Part shown: positions 10,234 through 22,056 of the stretch, in pieces
How positions within the stretch are numbered: position 1 is the first letter of the stretch
Layout: every line of letters begins with the position of its first letter
From: Lepidodermella squamata
Lineage: Eukaryota > Animalia > Gastrotricha
NCBI GenBank assembly: GCA_047495785.1
Contig: JBLDXI010000009.1
Location: 5,208,001-5,272,000, forward strand
DNA: 64,000 bases
Reading direction: 5' to 3'
Position numbers and translations under genes: made by a program
Notes under the pieces: model-generated
What the model saw: only the letters and a program-made list of their open reading frames with translations
Database searches by the model: none
What the model was told of the DNA's origin: nothing

Positions 10234-13200
10234 TTACAGTCTGCTCATATAGCAAGGCTTGGGCGTTTTGAATTCACCCACCGAGTACTAGGATTTAAAC
10301 AAAAAGATTATATTAATGGATAGGCTGAAAATCGTCAAAATGACAACCTCGTCGGGGTGACAGCCGAAAGCGGGGTCTTTGCGGCGGCAGTCAACGAAAT
10401 TGTTAGTTGCACGCGATTTACAGCGAAGGTATTTCTTTAAAAAATCAAGAAAATACATTAAGCCTTTTAGGAAACAAACAATATTATCCCTCCCTTACCC
10501 ATCCAGCTCCAAGCTTGTGCAAGCAATCGAGATAATTAGGACCGAAGAATCGAAATGTATTGAACGTCGTTGCCTTGAGAAAGAAGTCTGATGTTGTACG
10601 AGACAAAAGCTATTTCAAACACTCACAGTTTCGTTGGCAGCGCACTTCGAATCTCCGGAAATACAGTAGAATTTGAATCTATTGCTCTGCTTGGTGCACC
10701 TGAACACCCTCTAGAATAAAGTTAAGAAAATAATATCTGTGTCATAGCTGATGAAGTCAGTTTTTTCGTAAATAACTCACGCCTTGATTGCACGTGTCAG
10801 CGTACAATGTCTTGCCACTCGCAATGATGCTCTCGTCCAGAGAGCAAAAGTTCTTGCAGCCTTGGAACTCGCCATTGCTCTTCTTCGCACAGCGATAACG
10901 AATAGCAGCTGTGAAAATTCATGAAAATACAATTTTAGAATAGCTCATTGAGAGCCGCGATAAAGTAAATTAAAATATATCTATTAAGTATTAGGAATTA
11001 GGACAATAATCTAAGATCTTTCGAAATTATGAGAACTCAGAAAACTGAAATCTTTGAAAGCCAGCGTGTGGAAAAATTCAGTTAAAAGGGATCTTGGGGA
11101 AAGCTAACGACGTACTTGGATAACTATATTTAGGAGAGCGAGTTTCTAGCAAGTAGCGGCTTTGAAAAATTCCTCAAACCAACACAAATGAAACTTTGCT
11201 CAGGGCGCAAGCAGTGTCACTCCCTGTATATCCCATACTTCGCCTAGCACATATCCCAACTAGCGTTCACTACCTTACTTCGTGACGGGAATATAAAAAC
11301 TTACTGCAAAGGCGAACGTCAGGACACTCTTCTTCTTGCGCGAAATTGTTCACGAAGCAAGAAATTCTCGGGCCAGAGCCAGGATTGCGACAGGCGTTGC
11401 CAGAGTTGGGGATGAGACCGAGCGGAAACGACAGATCAGGGTACTTGGTCTGGCCAGTCCATGCGTTGCAAGTATTACCAGAGGCACTCTTCATAACCGC
11501 AGACCCTTCGTAGTCAAAGCCGCTCTGCGTAATCTTGCATTCCTTAGTCCACTGCGAAGCTGGCATCCCTGGACGAGTGGCATAGACAACCAACTTGAAG
11601 CCATCCGATGACGTGTATAGATCACTCGATCGGAAGTAAACGAGGGCTTGGTTCTTGTCGGTTGTGAAAGCTCGACCGCTGTTGACACCACAAGTGCAAA
11701 ACCTGCGAAAAAAATTGAGCTATAGGCATCATGTGACGTAGATAGGACGCCGCACTAAGAGGTTTTCGGACACGAAAAACTGAAGTCACACTAATAAGGG
11801 GCAAAGTTCATCGTTTCAAATTTAATGAGATGAATCATGTGATTATTTTTCACCCCAATATTTCTTGTGCTGTTTGTGTGTAATTTTGAGCAGATGCTGC
11901 CATTTTATCAGCTCAGTTCATCTTTAAAGATGCATCTCCTCTTTGTGGCGTCTCGGAAACCGCGCCGAATCACTACTTTTTGCGATCTTTGAAACTTGAA
12001 CTAATAAATTTTAATTTTTTAAATTTCAACTATTAAACAAATTCGAATTGAGCCCCGCCATTTTATTTTTTATAAGCTGCAAAATATTCTGAATATTAAT
12101 GAGGAAAAAAGTGAACACGTCTTCTTGTCTGTCGGCGTGCTCTGAGTGCGGCGTCCTATCTACGTCACATGATAGGCATGTCTTTAAGCTTAAAGCTCAA
12201 AAGAGCATTACCTGAAACCAGGGTAGCCATCAGCTCCAAGATTTCGAACAAGGACAAAATCTCCGCAGAGTTGTGGATCTGTGATCACATTGCATGCATG
12301 AAATGAAACATCATTATACAAATTTAGGTTACTTACAGAGGAAATCACACGAAACTTCAGGCCGGCCTTCGAATCCGAAAATGAGACCACTCCCTGCGTC
12401 CTGAATAAGAGGGTTTCAGACCTTGTTTCAAACATGGGAAAATCTTACAGTTTTTATCAGCCAGGTGCAGCTTGACCCGCTGGAGTAATTGCTCGGAAAA
12501 TTTGGTGACGTAATAACTTTCGATTCAGTAGGGCCAACGTAAACTTCACCACCACAAGCAAGACCGACTGGAACCGGCGGGGCGATGGCTGAGCAATCGT
12601 TTCCAGAAAAACCCCAAGGACACCTGCAAACCGCGCAGTTTTTGTTCGGATCAGGAAATCCTCCGTTGTTGCATTGAGTGATGTTGCACTGAGACATGTC
12701 TGAGACGTAAATTATCGAAGATCAAGCAGAACTGTGTGGAAAGTCTTCTTACTGAAACAATCGTAGTATCTGTTGAACTTCAACGCGTCCAATACTGAGA
12801 ACCCAGTCATTTGTCCGACGGACGTCAAGTAACGCAGGTCATTTTTAGGTTCGAACGCGCGGAATGAGAAGTCATTGAAGTCTTGAAAATACCAGCTCAG
12901 TAGCGAGGCGTAATCGAAAGGCAGGTCGGTGGCGAAAGCCTCGTTATCAATGGTAAACCTATTGGGTGGTATTCTCGAAGCGGTTTTGTCGATGTTAAGA
13001 CCAAACTGGGTATAGACCTGGTTTCATGTAGACCAAATCAAATTAGCATTTGGTTTTAGGATTGTCCACGAATTTTTGTCGATTGTTCTTTTGGTACATT
13101 CAATTGTTATGAAACACAGAAGTTGGGACAAACGGCTAAAACAGCTGTTAATCCGGCGATGGATGGCTTTCTTTAAAACCAAGTTTTAAATTTTAAAACC

Positions 13201-16068
13201 GAACTGTTTCAAACCCCCCGTTAAAACCGCCAGTTCAGTCCAAATTTACCCATGAGCTGTAGACCTGCACCCTACCAGGTCTACACATTTGGAGTTTATT
13301 TTCTAGAAAAATCTGGTTTCAGCTTCTCATGAACGAGAAAACTGAAACCCGAGTTCTAAAAGTGATATTTAGAACCCAAGAATAGCCCCGCATGAATACG
13401 GACCAGTTCAACAGTTTGCATAGATGAAGTAACGAGTACTCTATACCGATACAAGACTAAGGCTAAGACTGAAGACGGGATCTAATATCGGCTACATGGC
13501 GATGAAACTTTACGCATTAGCGAAAAACAAACTTCATGAAAAACTCTGAAACCACCTCTTCCGATGAGCGTAATTTAAGATGGCTGATTAATTTGCATAA
13601 TCCAATATTTTGTTCACCCGCGTTATTACATGGGAATGTACATAAATATTTTCAGCAGGATTTTTTTGAGGGGATTTCCTGCCTATGGCTGTAAAAATAG
13701 AAAATAGTTGACCAATTATTCATCAAAAGGAGCCGATTTGAATATTTGAATATATCTGAATATTTCTCATATGAAACGATTAGTGAATTTTGCGGATTCA
13801 TATTGAGTACCTTTCGTTTTCATTGGCTAATAAATTCACCATCTCGCTAATTTTACCTATCAATAATTTTCGCTATCAAGAAATGTTACCTTATTTTTCT
13901 GAAAATAATTCATTAGTACTTGCGCTACAACCTGCATTCTGCATTCACATTTCAAAATGTTAAATTTAAAACGGTAGATAAGTGATCAATTTCAGGCTGA
14001 GATTAATGTGGTATTACTATATCTAAATTCTGGGATCGTAAAAAAATGCCGATTTCACAGCCCAAGTCATTCGACTCGAGATAACATCTAGTAAGCAAAT
14101 GAGCTGTGATTACCTGAAAATCTAAGGTAACCCGGCCGATTTCACGTGTAAAATGCACGAAAAAATTGTGGCAATTTAAATGGAATGAAGCAATAAATCA
14201 TCATGTTAGTTTCTGCCAGATGGTTCATATATTCGAGTCAAAGAAATGCGGCCATGATAAATCCTTGGTTAAATCACGTGTCAGACAAGCTACCCAATTT
14301 CGTCAAGGTCGCTGCTACCTCCAAGAAATCGGTATTGATTTTATCTGTTTTGGACGGTGTTTTGATTTAGAGGAATCTCCGGGTATACATCAATTTAGTA
14401 TGGCAGTCATTATCCCGGCCAGGTGGTTAGATAAAGGGTAATAATTTGGAAAATCATGGCTTTCATGAAAAAATCGCCGAGAATTTTTAATCAACTTCGA
14501 AATGATCGCATTATTGAACTACAGACAGCCGGAAATTCATTTAATATTGACCTGCCAACTTTTCGATTTTTGGCAAAGGGCTCGGGTTAGCCGATAGTAG
14601 GAGAACATGTTCCCCAGCATCATAGTTAACCAGGCTGTACCGCCCATTTTTCGAAGAGCAGGAATCCCTAAATTCGGTCGCTGCGGCTTAACTTCGGCCA
14701 CAAAAAATTCTAAATTCAGGCGAGGGGGCCATGTCGCTTCTCGAGTGCTTTGTACCATAAACACCCGAATTTCAGGCATCATGTCGTCAAGGATAAGCTC
14801 TCAGGTAAAGCAACAAAGGCCATTTCCACGTTAGGCGAATTACCGAGGCGAATTTAACGGTATCAAACTTAAGGTATTAGTGTAACTGAATGAGGTGGCC
14901 GAAATTAGGGCACCCGGTTCCCTATTCCAACAATTCCACATTTTCCAACATATTCTAATTTCAAAGTTAATTTTCAACTTTTTCGTAATTTTAACGTGAT
15001 TGTTACGCAACCTAATTAGTCTAATAAAGTCTACAGTTTATCCCCGATCAGAAACTGAACTCGTTTTATATACGCGAGAATACGCTCTTGGTCTTGTTCA
15101 GACCGAAAATGTTTTTGGTTTGGTCTTATAAAACTTGGTTTTAATGTAAACTGCTTCGAGAATACCACCCATTGAAGCGAACATGCTGATTCAATGATGA
15201 CATTGAAACTTGATCCTATGATATCAGGGCTCAGGGCCCAAAAATAGAGCCCACTCCCAACCAATATTTATTTGCGACCCTAATGTTATTGATAAATAAT
15301 ATCTTCCCAAACTCACCAGTCGGCATAAGTAGCATTTATAAACTTGAAGTACAAATCGCGGTCTGGACGTTGGCCATCCATGTTCAAACCCAAGAACAAT
15401 GACAGAAAAATTGCATAATCTGTAGTCTTTTTAACAAAAACAAATATTCACCGCAAATTGGCGAAATAAACGCGAAAATTCTTACCCGCCAGTCTGCTTC
15501 ACCCATGCCAGCGTTGAACCCATACAGCGCATTTTCATAGGATCCATTTATAGCCCCGGTGGCCTGATCTCTGGAATTAAATAAATCAACCTTTAGGACT
15601 CAATCCGCATTGGTTTCGTTACTCTTACGTTCGACCTATGAGAACGATGCCGACGTCATTCATTCCAATAGGCCTGCTTTCAGATATATCGAATCGAATG
15701 CATGATACCTCTTCAATCATAGCCGCACCTTGCCGAAACTTATTCTTTGCCGCTTCGGCTAGATTTGAAAGTTAAATTTAAAAATTTGGATCTAGTTTTC
15801 ACGTGCTATTTGTAAAATCTTCAAGACCTTGATTAACACAATCAAACCTACATGGAATAGCCGGATTGCCGTTGTCATCAGTCCACGTGGAGTCGGTGTT
15901 AAAGTAGACCGGCACAGGGTTGGGGTACTTCTTCAAACTGGCACTAGACAGAATAGGCAGGTCGCTATTACTTGGAACACGGGAATTTAAGTAGGAATGC
16001 TTGGCAGCATTCACACCGGCCAGCAAATAAAACAGAACACACGATGATATAGCAAGCAGTATTTTCAT
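10234..16068 (-). CDS. Astacin-like pseudo-protease paralog 3 (close inverted paralog of paralog 2)
   Basis: ATG 16068 (MKILLAISSCVLFYLLAGVNA). Same exon series as paralog 2: RPDRD exon ~15318-15427, EGF/CUB 12428-12697, kringle 11305-11593. Stop TAA 10234-10236. Two introns are enlarged by transposons. Confidence 0.82.
11730..12171. mobile_element. P-superfamily-like MITE in an intron of paralog 3
   Basis: Perfect 27-bp TIRs CATGTGACGTAGATAGGACGCCGCACT; 8-bp TSD ATAGGCAT at 11722-11729 and 12172-12179. The matching intron of paralog 2 is only ~56 nt. Confidence 0.85.
12964..15170. mobile_element. PIF/Harbinger-like non-autonomous DNA transposon in an intron of paralog 3
   Basis: TIRs GGGTGGTATTCTCGAAGC(G/A)GTTT with subterminal AAGACCAAAC match; 3-bp TSD ATT at 12961-12963 and 15171-15173; no transposase ORF seen. 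Confidence 0.75.
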
Positions 16069-16362
16069 TTTTTCAAAAAAAATTTGAGGCAAATGGGATC
16101 TGAAAGCAATGTCAAATGGTTTATAAATAACAGTGGGGGCGTTACACTTTTCGATTATTGAAGCCATCGACGCACGATCAGTAACGTAGCGTGGAATTTT
16201 CCACTCGATAGCTGTGTCATTTTTTGACGGCACGCGATTTTTGTGTTTTTCGCTGTTTTGTATTATATTCTCGAACAATGAAAATCTAATGCCCTAATGC
16301 GTGACATTTTAATATTATTTTAGGTCAACAAGGTTGGAAATGGGGTCACAACTGAGGTCAAC

Positions 16363-16423
16363 GGGGTGGTGGCGCGTCTCAGATATGGATCAGAAGATCC
16401 AAGTTCGACTTCTGGCAGCCTCG
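16363..16423 (+). pseudogene. tRNA-Arg pseudogene
   Basis: GGGGTGGTGGCGCGTCTCAGATATGGATCAGAAGATCCAAGTTCGACTTCTGGCAGCCTCG: D arm deleted and anticodon mutated relative to the three Arg(ACG) copies. Confidence 0.85.
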
Positions 16424-17010
16424 GACATTTTTGATGAACTGTTTCTGTGCCTATTTTGCTAGTCTTTATGAATAATCAAGTAATACATGCGACTCACACG
16501 CACTAGAATCTATCAAGGCGCTGACTTCTTTCGAATTGGTTTTCTACTCTGGTTTCCGCGCAAAACGCATGTTCCTGAATAAACTGGAAGGGCTGCAATT
16601 ATTTCAGACTTTTGAATAAACTGGAAGGGCTACAATTATTTCATTTTTGTCGAGTTGTTCCGAATCTACTTGCTTTGCCTCAATAAAAGCAGTGCTACTT
16701 GCCTCTGTTAGTTATCTTCGAATTCGTAAGTTTTCCCCGAGTTTAAGTTCTGTCAAAATTTTGTTTTTAGTGACTATTTTCTATTTAAAGTCACTTTTAA
16801 TTCACTTTTCATCCAGGAAAAAATAAGTATACTAAACTTTTTTCCAGTTTTCCCGATCCGAGAATTTGGGCTCAAAGTCCAAATTTTGCCTTATAATATT
16901 TTCTGAAATAAAAACTTTTTTCCTTGAATTTTTTTTATCTTTTCGACCTTGCGGTTCGAAATTAATTCTAAATTATTTCGGCCTAATCTCTACTTCTCTC
17001 ATCTTCTCTT

Positions 17011-19085
17011 ATGACCACCGTTTCCCAAACGGGTGATCTTTGGCGTTTCGACGGCGAAGGCGAAATGCCTGAGCTTACTAACAGTGTGTCGCCTACTGCC
17101 CCGTCCGCAACGCCGCAGCTTGCTGAGTTCCTGATCCAGGCTGGTCCTCAGCCTAGTACTAGTGTCCCCAAAAAAATTAAGGGTGCAAGCGCTATGAAGT
17201 TAGGCTCGCAGGTTGACTCGACGTCCCTGTTATCAAAGAGCGGGATCGGTTCAAGTTTAGGGGTTTCAAGCGCTTCACAGTTAGAGCCGAGAGTTGACTC
17301 GACGTCCTCTGCGGCTGGGATCGGTTCAAGCTTTAAGGGGCCCGCCACCACCTCAGGTGAAGCTGTTAAACGGAAGTCTAACAGCTCACCTGACAGTAAG
17401 GTACGCAAGGTAGCCTCAACAGTGAGGTTATCTGCTTCTTCCAACGAGGAGTCCGATGCTGTCGAGGAGCGTGACGAGAACCGTGACGAGAACCAGGCTA
17501 TGGAAGCCGAGGAACAGGAGGAAGGTCAGGTCGTCGACCCAATCGGCGATCTCAGCGACAGCGACCCCGATACCGAAGGCGACGATGACGATGAAGACGA
17601 AGATGGGGAAATGGAATGGCAAACTGAATATCGCCAATGTTCAGCACCATCTACATGTGCCTAAGAGAACTGAATCGCGTTGCCCCGGACGTAAAGCATG
17701 TTCGCGTCTGGGTCTATCCCCGTGGTGCTTTTGGGATGCTCTGCAAAGATCTTGCCAGTGTCAATGCGGTTCTGAGTAAGGCCAACTGGCCTGAAGATGC
17801 CTTCGGTGGGAAAGCCCGACCTCATAGGCCTTCCAAGGTTGAGGTGGATGAAGCACCAGGTGCCAAGGCGGTAATGGAGGCGCAAATTCCAAGCGGCGAC
17901 CAAGCGGCACGCATGGAAGCGCGATCGAAACACCATGACGAAGACCGGCGTAAAGCCGTGTGCGTAAACTTCTTCGACGGCGCTACTGTTGACGACATCC
18001 TTGACGGCTGGGAAGAGGTCGTAGACCAGGTCTGGCCTATCAAAGGCACAACGACGTGCTTCGGGGTTCTCTGCAAATCGGTACGCCTCTGCGAGGAACT
18101 CGTGGCCAGAGGGCGCGACTTCCTTGGCCTCCGCATAGCCGCAAGAGTGTGGCGCTCCGACCCAGAGGTCGAGATTTGTAACAGATGTTTGAATATTGGT
18201 CACTACACGGGGAACTGTCGAGCAGCTCTCCGGTGTTCTACCTGTGGGCAAGAAGGCCATGATAGTAGTAGTTGCAAGCAACTGGCGAAGAGGTGCGCCA
18301 GGTGTGACGGTAGCCATTCCGGATTCTACAGAGGTTGTCGTATAGTTAAGGCCGAAGCGGAGCGTCGACGCAAGGCCGACGAGGCTGAAGCAAGGGCGAT
18401 TAGAAACCGAAGCGCCGGTGACGCCACCCTCCGAAATGGCATGTCGTTCGCAGGAGCGACCGGAGGAAGACACTTCCATCACCAAGCTCCACCGCCAATA
18501 CCGCCACCAGTACCGCCGCCAGCACCACCAGGTTTTGAATCAACTCAACTGAACCCAAGGCCGACACTTCAGAACAGTCAACAAAACGAGGCAACACTGT
18601 CATCGGATGAAAGAACCGAGCTGACCACCTTGCGCTTCAGCGTAGCCGCACAGGCGGCTGAAATTGACCGATTGAACACTTCCGTCGAGCGCCTCACAGC
18701 CGCACTAGAGAGGCTGATGAATCAGGGTCTGCCAGTGCCACCAGTAGTCGCAGCCGCAGCACAGCCTTTTCCAATCCAAGAGATGGAGGATCGGCTGTTT
18801 GTCAGGATTATGGACGCCTTCAACCGGGCCAAGACCGCCGGCGACATGCGGGCACAAGCGTTCCCCCAGCATATCATCGCTCGCCCAGCCATGATGGCTT
18901 CGCAGAACATGGCCGTCCTTTCTCCTTCGCATTACAGCGTCGAAAACCCGAACTCGCCAACGTTTCAATGGGACGCTGGTCAGCTTGGTCAATCCATGAT
19001 GATCCAGTCGCAGTACAGCCAACAGCCTACTCTCGTTCAGCGACCATTTTCTGGAGTGCCCCTTCAATACTCCAATAATGCCTAG
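17011..19085 (+). CDS. LINE ORF1 (gag-like), split across two overlapping frames 17011-17664 and 17637-19085
   Basis: Ser-rich and acidic N-terminal part, then knuckles CNRCLNIGHYTGNC, CSTCGQEGHDSSSC and CARCDGSHSGFYRGC, then coiled-coil and Pro/Gln-rich tail. Confidence 0.85.
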
Positions 19086-22056
19086 TCTTAGTACACTCAG
19101 AAAAAGTAGAATCATCGTAATCCAGTGGAATTGCCAGGGCATCAAGGGGAAGAGAGCTGAACTTCTCCACATTATAGAGCAATATGGACCTAATGTCATT
19201 CTTTTAAACGAGACATGGCTGAAGTTCGGCGAACAATTCGACCTCCCTGGCTACACTGCTTTCCGCGTAGATAGATTAGGAGCGTACGGGCCAAACTGTG
19301 GCGGCGTCGCAATCTTCATTAGTCAGTCAAAGCCAATACTAGATTGTGCCGAAGTAAAGTTTGCGCCAGCCTCTAGAGGCGAGTGGCTTGCAGTTGAGCT
19401 GCTAGTAGGCGAAGTCAACGCCTCAGCGAGACTTACGATTGCCACAGGGTACAATCCTTCACATAGCCCATTAGACACATCTTTCATTAGAGAGGTCTTG
19501 AGTGATCCGTCTACAAACTCGATCTTCGCTGGCGACTTGAACGCCTGGGCGGAAGAGTTAGGTTGCGCGGACTGGAACGTTCAGCGAACGGGAAGCGGGG
19601 GGCTTCTTTCGGAGTACCTAAAATCCTCCTCTGTGGTTTTGCATAGCTCGCCAACTGCTCCCACGCGGTTCAGGGAAGGTAACGTGTCGCGAGTCTTAGA
19701 TGTATGGCTCAGTTCACTGGCTGCTGATAAGTGTTTCAACCGTGCGCCTGCTGTTCTAGATTGCTATCGAAGTGATCATGCCGTCACTATCGCGGGCCTC
19801 ACACTCGTGCTCCCGGAGCGGAACTCCTGTTCACCGTTGGCCAATGCCTCGGTGCCGGCAGCCGCTCGGGACCTTCGTTTCGATTTTTTGAACGCCGACT
19901 GGCCTGAGTACCAGAGAGTATGCGCGGAAAAGATAGCGCCAGTCGTTCGCCCAAAAGGCGGGGACTCGGTTAGGGCGCTGGACGTCTTTGCCGCAAGTAT
20001 ATCCGAGGTAATAACGAGTAGCGCGAAAACCACGCTAGCTCGTGTGCCGGTGGCTAAATTGCCTAAGGTGCGTCTCAGCCATGCTGTAAAGCGGGCTATC
20101 GAAGCTAGGAATCGGTGCGACAGGAAAAATCGAAACGAACGCTCTGCTGCGTCTAAAGCGGCTTTAAATGCTGCGACACGGCAGGTGGCGCGAGAGGTCG
20201 CGATAGAGGCGGATAAAAAATGTCGGCGGCGGTTGAACCACATAGCACAGCTTTTTCAGGCGCAGCAAGCTGCCCTGGCGTGGCAACACGCACAGCGTAT
20301 TTTGGGGGAATCGAAAGGCTCGCAACGCGTGATCCCCACCCTTGACTTAGCGAACGGGACGAAGGTGACGTCAAACCCAGAGAAGGCGAGGGTTTTTGCT
20401 GAAAATTGGGCGCCGACGTTCCAAGCCGCGCCTCGTAGCTCACCGCACCAGGCGGACCAAGAATTTTGGGACTCGATCGACCAAGCATGCGAGGTAGACG
20501 AGGAGCTCAATGCCTCTCTAACAATACCAGATAAATTAGACGTCATGATTTCTAGGAACGCCTTCAACTCCCAGCTTGCCCGGTTGAAGCTTAAAGCTCC
20601 CGGGGAAGATGGGATCCTCAACCCGTTGATTAAGAACGCTCCCCCACCTCTCCTAGAGGCTATCCTTCTCCTGTTTAATTTATCTTTGAACGCCGGCTAT
20701 CTGCCAGCTGCTTGGAAAATTGGAATTGTGGTACCGGTGCCCAAGGCGGGGAAATCCCCACGGTCCCTGGATGGGTATAGGCCAGTTTCCTTAACCAGCT
20801 GCATGGCAAAGCTTCTGGAGGCCGTCGTGGCTGGGTTCATTCTTGAGTTCTGCTTGCGGAACAAGATTTTGACGCCAAGCCAAGTCGGGTTCCAGAAGTG
20901 GCTGTCAGTCTTGGATGCCATCCTCAGACTTATGCATGACATCACAGACGGGTTCGTGCATAAAGATGAGTTGGGCAGACCTGATAAATTAACTACTGTT
21001 GTGGCGTTCCTGGACTACAAGGCAGCTTTCGACTCCATTTGGCACAACGGTTTACGCATGGTTTTAAAAGGCCTCGGCCTACCCGTGGCCGTTGTGCGAT
21101 GGATATCCGATTTTCTACGCGACAGGCGTATGCGAGTCAGAGTAGGGGACAGCTTTAGTGAGGATGTCGAGGTAGCTTGCGGAGTCCCTCAGGGATCACC
21201 ATTATCCCCGATACTCTTCATCATCTACACATCTTCGTCCCTCCCAGCGGGGGTAGACAAGGACGACGCACTAAAGAGAACTGCCGCGGCGGCATACGCC
21301 GACGACCAGGCTGTATGGGCTACTGGGCGACCGGCCCCACTTGCAACTGCTCGTGTCCAAGCGGCACTTCGGGTCACAGAACGCTGGTCTCAGCGTTGGA
21401 GACTAGACCTGAACCCGAGGAAGTGCGAGTGGGTCGCATTCGGCGCCAATGTAAATCACACAGCTGGTCAGCTCCAGCTAGGCGGCATTTGCTTGCCAAG
21501 GGTTCAGGAATTCAAATATCTGGGCGTTTGGCTGTCCAAGCACCTATGCTGGACGCCTCACTTACAACACGTGTCGTCCCGAGCTCTCCCTCGTATTTTC
21601 GCTCTTTTTCGCGGAAAAGTCAAGACCCACCCCACCTTGGGCCTCTTGTTTTACAAGAGCGTAATCAGGCCGTTGTTAGAATTCGGTGCTCCGGCGTTCG
21701 CTAACTCGAAGCCACAGTATATCGAAACACTGGCGGTCCTAGAGAGGCGGGCCCTCAAGATCATCTTGGGGCTCCCCCGTCGGTGCCCGGATCAACTTTA
21801 TCAGCGGCGACTGCAGGCGACGTTTCCCGACTTCCAAGTAATCCAAGACCGTTTGTCCAGCTTGTCGTTCCATTGTTTCAACAGGGCGCTCGAAGCAGGT
21901 AGTGTGCTAGGCGGAATAGTTCGCCAGAGTCGCGATAGGCCCATGCCGGAGAGTAAATCGCCGGTTCGTTTCTTTCTTGACCATCTTCTGGGCGCTGGTC
22001 CTCTACCGGCTATTCGAACGTCAGATGATCGACTCCCTACGATTTTAGCTGTTTAG
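19078..22056 (+). CDS. LINE ORF2: apurinic-like endonuclease plus reverse transcriptase (992 aa, open)
   Basis: APE motifs QWNCQG, LNETW, GGVAI, AGDLNA, LDVW, SDH. RT motifs YRPVSLTS, QVGF, FLDYKAAFD, GVPQGSPLSP, AYADD, KYLGVWL. No RNase H evident. Confidence 0.97.
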   Translation: MPSLSTLRKSRIIVIQWNCQGIKGKRAELLHIIEQYGPNVILLNETWLKFGEQFDLPGYTAFRVDRLGAYGPNCGGVAIFISQSKPILDCAEVKFAPASRGEWLAVELLVGEVNASARLTIATGYNPSHSPLDTSFIREVLSDPSTNSIFAGDLNAWAEELGCADWNVQRTGSGGLLSEYLKSSSVVLHSSPTAPTRFREGNVSRVLDVWLSSLAADKCFNRAPAVLDCYRSDHAVTIAGLTLVLPERNSCSPLANASVPAAARDLRFDFLNADWPEYQRVCAEKIAPVVRPKGGDSVRALDVFAASISEVITSSAKTTLARVPVAKLPKVRLSHAVKRAIEARNRCDRKNRNERSAASKAALNAATRQVAREVAIEADKKCRRRLNHIAQLFQAQQAALAWQHAQRILGESKGSQRVIPTLDLANGTKVTSNPEKARVFAENWAPTFQAAPRSSPHQADQEFWDSIDQACEVDEELNASLTIPDKLDVMISRNAFNSQLARLKLKAPGEDGILNPLIKNAPPPLLEAILLLFNLSLNAGYLPAAWKIGIVVPVPKAGKSPRSLDGYRPVSLTSCMAKLLEAVVAGFILEFCLRNKILTPSQVGFQKWLSVLDAILRLMHDITDGFVHKDELGRPDKLTTVVAFLDYKAAFDSIWHNGLRMVLKGLGLPVAVVRWISDFLRDRRMRVRVGDSFSEDVEVACGVPQGSPLSPILFIIYTSSSLPAGVDKDDALKRTAAAAYADDQAVWATGRPAPLATARVQAALRVTERWSQRWRLDLNPRKCEWVAFGANVNHTAGQLQLGGICLPRVQEFKYLGVWLSKHLCWTPHLQHVSSRALPRIFALFRGKVKTHPTLGLLFYKSVIRPLLEFGAPAFANSKPQYIETLAVLERRALKIILGLPRRCPDQLYQRRLQATFPDFQVIQDRLSSLSFHCFNRALEAGSVLGGIVRQSRDRPMPESKSPVRFFLDHLLGAGPLPAIRTSDDRLPTILAV

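Noticed and set aside
16570-16643. TG...CA 37-mer as an LTR
   Set aside because: No matching copy at the 3' end, no primer-binding site, and the element encodes APE-RT with no integrase.
17661-21704. Antisense and alternate-frame ORFs over the LINE
   Set aside because: Shadows of GC-rich coding sequence with no motifs.
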